From Lama glama (Eukaryota): a stretch of DNA of 64,000 nucleotides. Below the pieces are notes generated by a model. The model did no database searches and was not told the origin of the DNA. It worked only from the letters and a program-made list of their open reading frames with translations. This document shows positions 12,311 to 24,616 of the stretch, one piece after another (the stretch's first letter is position 1; each line of letters begins with the position of its first letter). Position numbers and translations under genes: made by a program. Location of the stretch: positions 11,472,001 through 11,536,000 of the forward strand of contig CM052832.1 of NCBI GenBank assembly GCA_028534125.1, in the 5' to 3' direction.

Positions 12311-14699
12311 GCTTAAAGAGACAGCTTGCCCAGAGACCCTGAGATCCAGAACCTCGAGGGAAGAGCCTCAAAACTCCACAGGTTAGGGTGACTCTCTTGC
12401 ACACTCAAGTTTAAGAACCACTGGCTTAGAAAGAACATAATACTTAATCTTCCTTATTCTTGAATTGGTGTGGCTCCTGGTTCAGGTTTGTACCCTTGAG
12501 TTTAGGTGCGTTTCCAGCCAGGATGGGTGGCAGGGATGAGGATGCTGTGGTCTTTGGAAGCCTTCTAATACAGAGCTCACTTCAGGCAGTAGAGTTCTGA
12601 CAGCCCGTAGAACAAATGGGCTTCTGGGTTTAAACATATCTAAGCCACACAGGATGGGCTGGTAATCATGGAGGTCTCATCTTCCTTATGGCCATAAAGC
12701 CAGGGAATTAATGAAACTTGCACAAAGCTTCCCTCTAGAAAGAGGTTTTCCCAGCAGTAAATCAGTCTTTTCAAATCAAATGAAAAGTCGGGAGACCAGC
12801 CCACATTTTAAAAATGTCTACATCTGTTTAATGTTACCAAATATTAAAGGAATATTTGGTACTGGGAAGCGTAAGCCAGAACCTACTCTTCTCAGGATTA
12901 GAACCTTTGTTTGCATTCAGGGAGAGTATTCAGTTATCAGATATTACATGCTCATAACTGCTTATGGCAGAAGACAAAGAGAAATGTTTTTATATGAAAA
13001 CAAATAACTACAAGTGCTCCTATAGTGACATCAAAATAAAGCCTGACTTCCATGCCTCCATCACTTTAGGAAACAGTCTGCAGTGACCCTGCTCCTAGCA
13101 CACATCTGTTCCCACTCCCTCTAGAGACCAGGAGCACCATGTGGACCATCTGTGGGAAGACTGGCCCGTCTTAGGAATACAGACACGCACCAGAGGGGTG
13201 ACATTGAATCACTGTTTCCTAACTCTGCTTCTTCTTAGAAAGTCTCACCTTTCTAATAGCCCTCAGCCACCAGGACCCACTGGCCTGGACTCACATTTTA
13301 TTTCCTACTTCTCACATCAAGTAACTAACTCTGCTGTCTGATGGCTCTGATGTTGAGTCATCATGCTAGAAAAGTCCACGAAAGAGGGGCTGAGGATTAA
13401 TTACCTCCACACTTGAGCCTTGGGCCAGCTCAGCTTCTCAGCCCAAATATAGGGATTCCTGGCAGCCCAGATCCCTCCTAATTCCCTCAGCTCCCCCAGA
13501 GTGCAGGAGATGATTTAGAGTTGCAGGAGGGGCGATCAACGGCTCATACATCAGTGCTACTTAAGAGAAGGGATTCCTTCCCCTTTTCGCCTGCATCCTT
13601 TGCTGCCCCACAGGGATTTCCAGCATCTCTCAACTCTGGCCCCCAGTCTGGGGAAAGTTGTGCTGCCTGCCTGTGACAACAGAAACAAGATGTTGGCACA
13701 TTAAGAGAATATTTGCCCTTCGGTGAACTAGGGCACATGAGCCAATTCTTAAGCCGGATTTTTCAATAGAAGACAATTCAAGTAGAAATACAATTCAGAA
13801 TCACTGCATTTTTCAGACATGACTCGTCCTCATAGTACATAATAATGTGAAGAGAGGCTGGAAGTGCCACGCTTGGCAAATTCCAGGGCCCTGGCACCAC
13901 ACAGCTAACTTTCTTTTGTGGCAGCTCTTTCCTACAAACTGAATCCCCTGTCACAGAGTCCCATTAAATAACAAAAGAATAAATAAATGGGGAGATTAGC
14001 TGCAATTGGAAATGAAGGCTTTGATAATGTGAACTAAACCACGCAAAGCCCCCTTCCACTCAGCTGGATCCTTCAGACAGAGAATAGAGCAACAATCTAA
14101 CACCAACGGGAAAACTGGAGCGGGAGTGGCAAGAAATCTTGTGGCACCATCTGGAAATAACGACCATGCCCTGGTTCCTATTAGATTGCAATTTTAACCT
14201 TTATTATTTTTCTCTTCTGTTTTTTGGTATTTACATCTTGTCTCCTGAACTAGAATTATGAACTCTGAGAGCAGAGATTAGGTTAGAATCTTCTCAACCT
14301 CCCCACGGTTTTTAAAACAGTGCTGGCCACAAAAATGCTACTCAAAAAACACCTCTTTTTTTTTTTGCTTGAGAATGACAATTTGAAATTGACTTTAAGA
14401 AATCTTAGCAACCAAGCAGACTGCGTGAGAACACACCCTTGAAGTAGGAAGACGTGGGGAAGCAACCGCTCAGGAGGAGATGAGAGCGGGCAGGCATCTT
14501 GATGGGGGAGCCAATACAGAAGGGATGTCGACATTTTTAAAAAGTGTAAAGGAAAATGAAAGATGGGTCTTCATCACAATGTGACAGAGGCAGCCAAGGT
14601 ACCCTGTCAGGGGCCAGGTCTTTCTGATGCGGAAGGGTATTGGATGTCCACTCTATGAATAATCAACATATTGAGTTAATTGTCCAAGACAAGAAGACC

Positions 14700-15320
14700 A
14701 GGAAAGACTGAAATGTGGGGAAGAGCCCAAAGGCAGGTAGCATGAATGCAGGGGACCAGGTAGGCAGTCTCTGAAGTGGTCTGAGGGAGAGACAGCAACT
14801 CCTTCTCAGGGCAGAGTAGGGTGAAGCTCGGTGGGGGATTAGGGTGGGTACTGAGGACACAGAATGGGCGAGGTCCCAGGACTGAGTGCAGGGGCTAAGG
14901 GAGAGGGGCAGGGGATAGTGTGCAGGTTACTGGCGTGAGCACATGGGTGAATCGGCGCCTTGAAGTGAGAGGAGGAAGGATGGGAGGAAGGTAGGGAGAT
15001 CTTCAGGGGAGGTCATCAACTCTGCTCTGGACACAATGGATTAGTAATCTGCAGAGCATCAAATAGGCAGCTGGATAGTGCGGGGAAGGAAATAAAGCAG
15101 GACCAAGATGGAGATGTGGGAGGTGTCCGTGGAGATGGCAGATAAAGGCACTGGCATGAATGGAATGTGTGGAGAGAACAGGTGAGGTGAGGGGAGAGCC
15201 TAAAACAAGACCCTGGCAATGACCACCATCTGAGGAACAGGGAGCCTGAGAAGCAGCAGCTGAGAAGAGAGAGCTGAAACAAGGAGGCAGGTGATGTGCC
15301 GTGGGAGGCAGTGGAAGAGA
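14700..15320 (-). repeat. L2 LINE fragment
   Basis: Purine-rich antisense L2 signature (gcaggggaccaggtaggcagtc…aaataggcagctggata…gagatggcagataaagg). Confidence 0.55.
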
Positions 15321-17282
15321 ACTGGCAGGGTGGGGAGAGGATGGGAAGAGACGAGAGTTAAAATCAAATTGGCCAAGTGTTGACAATTAATGAAATACAA
15401 TGGTGTGTATGTGAGAGTTCATTCTATTATTCTCTCTATTTTGTTTTCCCTGTGCGGACAGAGCCACGCACGGTGCCTGGCGCATGGTGGGTGCTGTTGG
15501 ATGGGTGAAGGTTGGATGTCCCAGGAGCCAGGCTTGTGAAGGGACAGCCAGGACACTTCTCCCTTCCAAACCCAGGACTTGCCCCAAGGTGGAGATTTCT
15601 CTGTGCAGGTGAACAGAGCAGCCGGTCAGCCCCCACACTGGGACTGCCCTCAGCCCTGCCGCACTCCCTAGATTGAGCCATGCAGTGCGAGTCCCCAATA
15701 GAAATGCATGGGCACCAGGAGTAGTAGACCCTCACAAGGGGGCTCACAAGGGTCCTGATTGAGTCTTGGAGCCTTCCCCCATCCCTCCTCCAGGTGCAGC
15801 CTCCTCCACAGCCAGCAGTGGCCTAGGAGGCTGTCCAGGAGGGCAGTGCGGCTTCAATCACCTGGGACACCAGTTGTTCCTCTGAGCCATGTCCCTAATT
15901 GGAATGTGCCCCTTTTCAAGCTCAGGACTCAGGAGGCTCCCCATCCAGAAGATCAGAACTTAGGCTGGGGCAGGAGGAAGGGGAGGGCATGGGCTGAGGG
16001 AGATGGGCTGGGAGGTGTGGAGCTGCGGACGGGCAGGGAAGAGGGGCAGAGGTGCGGGGCTTCTCTCTCATCTCTCCCGCGCCCTCTACCCGCCACCCTT
16101 TCTCCCTCAGGGCTAGGCTTCCTTAGGCAAGAGTTTGTCTTGACAACCAGAGATCAGGAAAACACGTGGGTGGGGTGGCCTGGAGTGGTGACAGCCGCAG
16201 AGTGAAGGGAAAATGGTCTCACTGAGACGGGACAGCTCTCAGCCCACACCTCTTCAGTGGGAAAGCCCTTTTTAGCTCAGCCTTGGCTGCAGAGGAGAGA
16301 CTGGAACAGCTCGTGGCTTCCCCCGCAGTGTCTGCCAGCCCTGGGGTAGGGCAGCTCTTGAGAGCGTGTTGACCACAGCACTGGGCAGCTCCCCTGCCAT
16401 TTTTCTGCCTTCCCCAGCACATCTGGGCACTGCTGCGCCGCGGGAGGGGCTCCATCGCAGGCCTGTCGGGCTTCTCTGAGCAGTGGAGACGGCCCACCCT
16501 GCCGGCAGGATCTCCCCTCTCTAGCTCTGCTCTAGTTTCCTCTAGCATTGACATGAATTTCAGCAGCTTTGCAGCCTTGCTCTTGTATTTTCCGTATTCC
16601 CAAGAATCTAAAGCTTCCAGAACTCTGTGGAGCAGGCAGTGAAAGGGGTCATTCACTGAGCAATGAAGGACTATCAAACCCTTTGAAATCCTAGGTACTG
16701 GGGATGGACAGTGACCATCAAACAATTAGAGTCCCCCACTTGGCAGAACCTAAAGTATGAAGAAGGCATGAAGCCACTCATCTGAGTGGCCTGGATCAAC
16801 CTCAGATTCTGTCTACTGAGTAGACAAAGGTCAGCATGAGCCCCCAGAGCCCAGCACTGTGACCTGCGTGTGATAGGAATGTTTGCTGAACTGAATTCAG
16901 TCTGAGTGGCATCCGAAGGGATTGCACTGCTCTCTGCAAGGTGACAAGCCCCAGCTGAAGAGAGGGTATGCATGATCTGCCATGAGCCTGAACACCCTTA
17001 ATAAGGAGCCAGGGATGGAGTCCCAAGAAATCTAAAACTGAGAGAAAATTTAGCCCCCTTCCCTGGAAACTTCCTGTCTGCAGTCACACGCCAAGCAGAC
17101 ACATTCGGAAAATAGCAGTGACATAATTCACACTTCTTTTCCACCAAGCCCAGAGCATTCATGGCACTCTGGCCTTTGCTTATGTTGTTCCCCTGCCTAG
17201 AATGCCTTCTTCTCCCTACTTCTTCTAACAAAACCCTATGCAACTGAGGCATTTATGAAGGAAACAATATAAACATCTGGGT

Positions 17283-17392
17283 TGTGACAATGAATGTATG
17301 TATGTTCATGTATAACTGAAAAATTGTGCTCTACACTGGAATTTAACACAGCATTGTAAAATGACTGTAAGTCGATAAAAAGAAATGTTTTA
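17283..17392 (+). mobile_element. Short 5'-truncated L1 3' end (about 110 bp), related to the L1 at 1439-2840
   Basis: tgtgacaatgaatgt…aaaattgtgctctacactggaatttaacacagcattgtaaaatgact aligns with 2737-2830. Flanked by a degenerate TSD aaacaatataaacatctggg (17262-17281) / aaacagtatatataacatctggg (17393-17415). Confidence 0.85.
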
Positions 17393-18219
17393 AAACAGTA
17401 TATATAACATCTGGGATTTACTGGGACCAAGAAAGATTTGGGGGTTTGGGAGAGGGGAAGAGAGGAGATAGTTAAAATCAAATTGGCCAAGTGTTGACAA
17501 TTAATGAAATAGCATGGTGGGTTCATCCTATTATTCTATTTTGTGAATTGTGGGGAATTACCATAATAAAAAGCTTTCTAAAAGCTCTATGCATCCATAA
17601 AACCAGCTCAATCCCACCTTGTGCGTGGAGCTTTCCCAAGGACTCCCCACTCGTGGACAGGCCCCTCCCAGGTCAAACTCTACTCACATGGGCAGTGTTC
17701 TCCACAATAGCACAGTGATTTACTGTAACTGTATATTATGTATTCGTTTCATAGCTTTTCATGTGCCTCTTAAATTTTGTGGCAAAAAGAAGAAAAAACA
17801 ACTAACACTTCCTAAGGGCCCACTGTGCGTCGGAGACAGGACTGTGTGTTTTTCATAGAGGCCACTTCCTACATCTCTTCTCCAGCACAAGGCTGGGTCT
17901 CAAGGGTGTCACGAATACCTTTTGGAAAATACAGAGTACTCATTAAGTAAACATCAGCACAACCATCTGCTGGACTAGTAGGCAGCCAGCTAAGATAATG
18001 GAGAAGTTTTTAATAATGTAGGAAAAGGACTTAAAATGCTAAGTGAAAAAAAAAATCAAAGCACAAAATCAGATGTACGGTCTGATCTTAACCCTATACG
18101 AACTGGATAGAAAAAAGACTGGATGGATCTCAAAATGTGCTTACTTCTGGATAGAGGATAATTAGCGACTCTTTTTCTTGTTTTTGTATTTTCAAACTGT
18201 GGTTTAACATCAGATATAA

Positions 18220-18423
18220 CATGAGTAAGAAAACTTTTTCTGGAAAAAGCCACATAGTAAATGTGTTCGGCTTTGCAGGCCATATCGTCTCTGTCCCATC
18301 CACACAGCTCCGCCCATAGCTGTGTGAAAGCGGCTGCACACAGTCAGCAGATGAGTGCGGCTGTGTCCCAGATACGACTTCCTTTATAGAGTCTGTCTCA
18401 TGACCAGCCACAGTTTACTGATC
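18220..18423. mobile_element. MER58A-like hAT-Charlie element
   Basis: aaactttttctggaaaaagccacatagtaaatgtgttcggctttgcaggccatatcgtctctgtc matches the MER58A pattern. Confidence 0.75.
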
Positions 18424-18823
18424 AAAAAATAAAAAATCAGAAAAAAAAAAGGTCCTTTAAGGATTCTCTAACTATAAGATCTTGGTACTATGATTAACAG
18501 CACAGTACAGAAGGCTTACAGCCGTGCTGTATTCCAGAACGACTGTATCATAAAACGCTAAAAATCAAACGTCACAAGTCAGAGAATATGAGAAAGATAT
18601 TCTCTGCTAGAGAGACAAGCGGAAGTTCACGATACCAGTAATTAATGCAAATTTATCTCTACTTTTAAGCCTAATATATTTCATTTATTTACATTTTCTT
18701 TTACGTCTTTCAGTGAAGTTTTATAATGTTTTAGAGACCTCTTGGAAATCTCTTATTTTTAAAGCATAATATAGAGTAAACAGAGAAGTTAAGCCCTCAC
18801 TTCTCTTTTTTTACCCCCTCTAG

Positions 18824-18879
18824 ATTTTCTGAAGCAAAGGCCCTGGGAGAAAGCATAAATGAAGCAAGAAGTAAAATTG
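18824..18879 (+). CDS. KIF6: KIF6 internal coding exon, 56 nt, phase 2 to 1 (about human exon 15)
   Basis: Long polypyrimidine acceptor cttctctttttttaccccctctag|A and donor TTG|gtaagc. Translates (R)FSEAKALGESINEARSKI(G), in frame with the previous exon. Confidence 0.96.
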
Positions 18880-19814
18880 GTAAGCAGGTGATATTCTGTG
18901 AGCCTCTTTCACAGGCCATTTTCCTGGTGAAAATCAGGTCATGATGTGCCTCCAAATAGCCGGGAGGGCGAACTTTAGGAGCGCTCTGCCCAGGATGCTG
19001 CTTTGAGAGCACCTCTCCTTGGAAGTCTGTCATCTCTCCTACCATCCATCAGAAAAAGCACTTTCTTTTGTCTAGAACTTGAACTTTTCCTCTTCATGCA
19101 GGCCTGTGTCCTAGCATCCCAATGAGGAAGCTTTGCTTTTCCCGGGCTGTTTTCCAGCAATAGCTCAACCGGTCGTTAACTGCGATTACAGAGACATTTC
19201 ACATGTTCAAGTGCGGGGGGGACGCTTCTACACCTCCCAGAGATTATACTTCGCATTTTTGGCCCAGATGCACATTTTTCAGCACCTCAGTAAGCCAGTA
19301 AGAGGATGAGAAGCAAAAAGGAGTCCTTGTGCCTTCCCAGGGCATGGGCTGCCCAGCAGGGCGCTCCCACTTAGGTGAGCATCCCTGGAAAGGTGAGGTT
19401 AAGGCAAGAGGCAAACTCTATAAAAGTATTTCTCAGATCTTTGTTAAAGTGAGAGGAAAATGTTTCTTTCCCCCTAAGCTAGAGGACACACAGAAACCTG
19501 TCTCCCAGGCTGAGGCAGCTTCACAGAGGTGCCCCTTGTGGCTTTGTCTCTGTGCTGGGGAAGGCAGGAGTTACCTGGTCACAGCTGTGTCCCTCTTGTC
19601 CTCACCTTTCTCCCCTCATAAGTGAGGGCAGGACAGAAGCCACTATGAATGTCTCTTCTGGCTCTTCCTAGAGTATAGAAGCTCACAGCAGCCTCAGGTA
19701 ATTTTGCTTGGGGAAACGGGAGCCCCACGTTCTCTCCCGTGGCCTGAACAAAAAGAACTGAGGCCGCCAGGCCCTGAGCCATGCCCAGCACCAGGTCAAG
19801 AATCTCTAGAGTCT

Positions 19815-20187
19815 CAGAGGTTCTTGACCTAAGGTCTGGGATCTTGGATGGGGGGAAAAAAATGCACCTTTATTTTCACTAACCTCTAAGTGCCGTTTAG
19901 CACTACCGCCAACGATGAATGTCGGCAGCAGACCGCAGGAGAAGTAGCAGCACCTGTCACCAGTGGAAATTACAGACATTTTCATTTCACAGCGCAGTTG
20001 GCAGACATCATAAAATATCTTTTATACTCATCAGTACTTCAAAATTACAGTAGTTATTAGACTCACCAGTAGATCTTATTATTTAATGCATTTATATAAA
20101 AGCACAGAAATATTACTATATCACAAAAAAATTTTAGAATTTTGATAACTATTTCAGTATAGTTGGTTTCTCTTAAAATCCTGTGTA
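19815..20187. mobile_element. hAT-Charlie non-autonomous DNA transposon remnant (Charlie4a/MER119-like)
   Basis: cagaggttcttgacct terminus and internal ctcatcagtacttcaaaattacagtagttattagac…gatcttattatttaatgc. Confidence 0.6.
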
Positions 20188-22900
20188 AAACTCCTTTCTT
20201 GGCCTGAATTCCCAAGCCCCCTAAAATACATGAAAAGAAATTAGGGGTCAGGAGTGTGTGTATTTTTCCAGAGATTAATATCCATAGGTGATTTGATTCT
20301 CAGAAAGGTCAAGCGACCCAAACCAATAAGGAGGGAAGGGGAAGCAGGTTTCCATGGGTCCAGAGCTGACAGGTCAGAGTCTTCTGACTTGAAGGATCTA
20401 ATGGTCTGTTTTCATCCTTGGGGAGAAAAGAGGGTAACACCTTTTCTGAACTGTTTCTCCCTAGAAAGTGATATAAAGTTTTTGCTCTTGAAAAATAACT
20501 CTCTAAACCAAAACAAAACTGTTCCCACACTAATGAAATAGATTAATGGTGGAAGGCACCAATGGCTTATACAAATAGACTTAGTTTTTCACTCTGAGTA
20601 CAATGGATTGTTGTCACAAATAATACTAAATTCGCCGTCATTTTGGTGCATACGTTGGTGCATAGTTTTGGATCCATATGTTGATGGATCGAATTTGCCA
20701 CATTCTTGGGATTGTGCCACTCGGAGGCTGCACTCCAGCTGCTCAGGTTGTGCCCTGCCCAGAGCAGGGGTGGGGGTTGTGGGGACTGGAATGTTCTCCC
20801 AGAGAGGATGTCTATAATTCACGCACCAAGGGTCTGGATAGACTAGAAGAGGCCCTGGGCAAGCAGACCTTTGTTTTTTTCTGAATAATAATAAGTAGGG
20901 TTCATACCAACGTTGAGATTCAAACATTTATTGGTAACTAGAAAGTGGCTGCTAGTTCAGTGGTGCAAATAAAACCAATGTCACTCTTAACTTCACTTTA
21001 TGCAAATAGTAAACAAAGACCCATCTCCTGGCCACCCATCGTTCAAATGTGCTGTCCATTCAGGGGTACCCAGGTGAGGGGATCGCTGAGGCCCAGCCCC
21101 ACTACTCAGCCAGCCACTCAGTGGTGCTTGGCCATGGGGAGTAGCCATCCCATCACTGCATCTCAGGCAGGAGGTTAAGATTAAGGAGGTACAAGGTGGA
21201 ACACATATTTAAAATTTCTGAGGCAACCTTGAAGGAAACTGGTTTCAAGAGTTTTGTGACATTACTGAGTGTGTTTTTCCTGGGGAGAAATTAAATCAAG
21301 TGGAATTTTTGTTCCCCAACAAGTACTTTAGTGAATCTAAGAGTCAGGAGGTGGGAGCATGGCACAGATATACCATGCTATGCGTGGGATGGTGACTCAG
21401 CTCCGTTCCCAGACTGAGCCACATCGCGCCTCCGGACCCCAGGGCGGGAGGGAGATGCTATGGCACGCACGTGTGCTTGCCCAGCAGAGAGGAAGTAGAA
21501 GCTGTATTTGTGAATTACACATCAACCAGTCCATATGCTTTGAGTTCAGGCTGCCACTGTCTTCTCAGGCAATTTGATTTTTCTCTGGTAATTGTGATCT
21601 AGAGCTGTCACTTGAATTTCATTTTTTAAACCCCTCAAGGCTATTTATTCTGGAGTGACCAGATAGTATCTAATTTTTACATGGCATCTTCAGTCAACCA
21701 AATCTTTTATATTATTTCCTTTTCTTACAACAAGCCAGCCCAAACTAGGTAGATGAAATTCTTGCCACAGTCTCCTTTTTTGTTCTCTGTACATTGTTTA
21801 CATCAATCCTGATGTTGAAACAAGTTGAAATCAGGAAGAACTAAGCAATTCAGGATCTATGTGAAAAACAATGAAGTCTTTGTTTTGGAAGAGAGAATCA
21901 TGTTCATTGCATTTGCTTGTCCTGTACACAATAGCATTTAGGCTGTCTTCCATCACATGGGGTATGTTTTAGACATGTTCACAGATCCCCCTACCTCCAT
22001 TCATCTTACCTCTAAAAGTGCCACTGAGCCCAAGCTGTGGGAAAAGAAATAGACTGCCTCAGGGGCAGTGGCAGAAACCGAGCCATTTTTTACTTATGGG
22101 AATCCTGACGTTGGTTTTCCTACATCAGTGTTCTACCCCGGCAGCATTGTCTTTTGCAACAAAGGACGATGAATGGCCGTTCTTTGGCACAAAGCCCCCT
22201 CAACCAGTCCAGGAACCAGATGCTTGGGAGGCAGGTGAAAGACTCTGATGAACACATCCTGGCAGCTCTTCATCCTCCGCAGACCCCTCCAGGCGTCAGC
22301 AAAAACACAGGACACAGGACGCCACACAGAAGGCTTTTCACCACAGAGCCCGGCAGTGACCACTTCAGAACTCACAGGAAATGTAATAGAAGTGGCTGTT
22401 AATGAGCGGTAAAGAAAAAAACCCAAACACTAGAAAAACTAACAGAGCATTCTGGAAGTCTTATTTCTCCTACTCCATATTCAAAGAAGGACACACCCAC
22501 CCCCCACAACCCACCATTTGAACTGTACTCTTTTAAAAGATGTTTCTCTCGTACATTTGGGATTTGAGAAAATCATGACTCGGATCTGGGTCTCTATCAG
22601 AAGAATACATGGGGCCATTTTTCAGTTTTGTGCTTCTTCTGTACTTTAATCTTCTGCTGAGGCTTACTTCCGGACCTACTTCGTGCACGTTGGCTTCTAG
22701 TATCTTACCCTGCATAAGGGAAAGACCACACCCAGATCATCTTGCTAGGCTGTGGAGACAGGAATCAGTATATCCGTTTGTTACTCTGCTGTCGCCCACA
22801 CCAGCTTCATTGAGCACTGACTGTGCCGCCCTGAGAACTTGACACACATTCTGTCACTTAACCCTCGCAGAGAAGAGCCGTTACCTCGAAAGGGGTGTGG

Positions 22901-23061
22901 CCATATGTCATAGATTTTAACATACACAAACTTTACAGTCTCAACACCTCTGAAATCAGGAAACATTTGACCATCCACTTGGCCATGTTTTTGCATTTTA
23001 AAAATCTCTGTAATGAGAATGAGTCTTATAACTGATGTAGTCTAGATTCTATGATATATAG
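22901..23061. mobile_element. MER104-like Tc2 MITE
   Basis: Decayed terminal inverted repeats ccatatgtcatagatttt… / …tagattctatgatatatag and internal aacacctctgaaatcagg. Confidence 0.55.
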
Positions 23062-24103
23062 TATTATTGTTATTTTGCAGATTTTTTAAAAAATGAAGTT
23101 TCAAGGAGGTTGCCAAGTTGGAATCAAAATCCATTTCTGTCCAACTCCATGGCTTTTAAATACAATATACTGCCTCCATAAATTCAGGTTTATCTGACTC
23201 TGCTATTTTATTCTGAGTTTAATATTTCTCTAGGCTGTTACTTGGTTTTCCCTTTATCTCATGTGCCCAACAAAAGGCTCAAACTAGACCCTAGCTCACG
23301 GAGACGTAGCCCAAGAAGATGAAAAGGGTCTTTGTAACACAACTCATGGTAGGTCACCTTTGCACAGCAGGGCTCAGTTGCGGGGGCGAGTGGGGTCTGA
23401 CACCCAGCCTGCCCTGGTTCTCACTCCTTGTGCCCTGGCCTGAGGGAGGGGCACCTGTTTCTAATTTGCAGAAAGGTGCACCATGGGCTTGCAGCAGCCC
23501 TGGTAGGATTCAGCTTCCCACGTGGGTTTCAACTATCATTTTCAGTGGTTTGGAAAATAGAATAGAAGTGTTGTATTTTCAGGCTCTATACAGTTCCAGC
23601 TGAGTGGGTTTACTGATGCTTCAGAAAACATGCGAGAATTCAAAGCAGAAGCTCAGATGAGGTTTAGTAGTAATGGGTGTAATGAAGTACTTCTGCTTAA
23701 GGACCAAAACCAGCACTGGTAAATTGGTCAGAGAATGCCCGATTAAGGGCAGGCATAGAAATCATCAAGGACCACAAAATAAAAATATGTTACCATAAAG
23801 TGAAAGAATGCTGTGTTCTCGAAAGTAAAAAATGCAAAAGTCAAGACCTCTGCCTTTCACTCTGCCCAGCATTCCCGTGTGTGCGCTGCATGTCCTTGGT
23901 AACTCTGCCTCTCTACAGGAAGAGAGGTGGCTCAGAGAAAAGCAGCTAAAGTCGTGGTGGGAAAGTTTCCAGGCAGATCTCTTGCTTTATTAAGTAATTC
24001 ACCACATTTATTTGAAATAATAAGCTTTGCTTGTGCATTAGATTATTTAGTTTGATTTTTCTTAATTACACTTATCCCCCCCAAATCAGTTAATTTGTGT
24101 TGG

Positions 24104-24616
24104 TTGTATTGGCCAGGATGTTTGGCTGTAAGCATGAAAGGCATTTATTGTCTCATGTAACCAGGAAATCCAAGGAATACAGGTGACTTCAAATTCACCC
24201 TCTTCCCCGTCCTCCGGTCCCCCTCCTCTGGTCCCCCTCCTTCCCCCTCTTCCCCTCTCTCAGTGCTCCCTGACTAGGTTCTCTGATAACTTCTCCACAT
24301 TTAGTGGGAAGGTGCCTCTGGAAGCTCTAAGTTTACGTGTGGATTCATGATCCCAGGAAACAGGGTCTTTCCCAGCAACATTGGAAGAGTCCCTGGAGGG
24401 AGGAATGACCAGCCTGGCTCAAGTCACATGCCCCTCCCTGAAGCAGTCCCTGCATCCAGGGGAGTGACACGCTCTAAGTGACTGGTCTTGGATCCTGTGC
24501 CCACTCTGCATGGTTTAGCCCATCTGTTCCATGTAAGCTGAACAAGATTTTTAGGAAATTGAAGGTGTATCTTTCTCCAAAGGAAGAAATGCTGGGCAGA
24601 CAATTATATTCACTAC
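24104..24616 (-). mobile_element. Old MaLR solo LTR (MLT1J/K-like)
   Basis: tgtattggccagga…atttattgtctcatgtaac…gtcacatgccctcccctgaagcagtc…atgctgggcagaca…cactaca. Confidence 0.55.
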
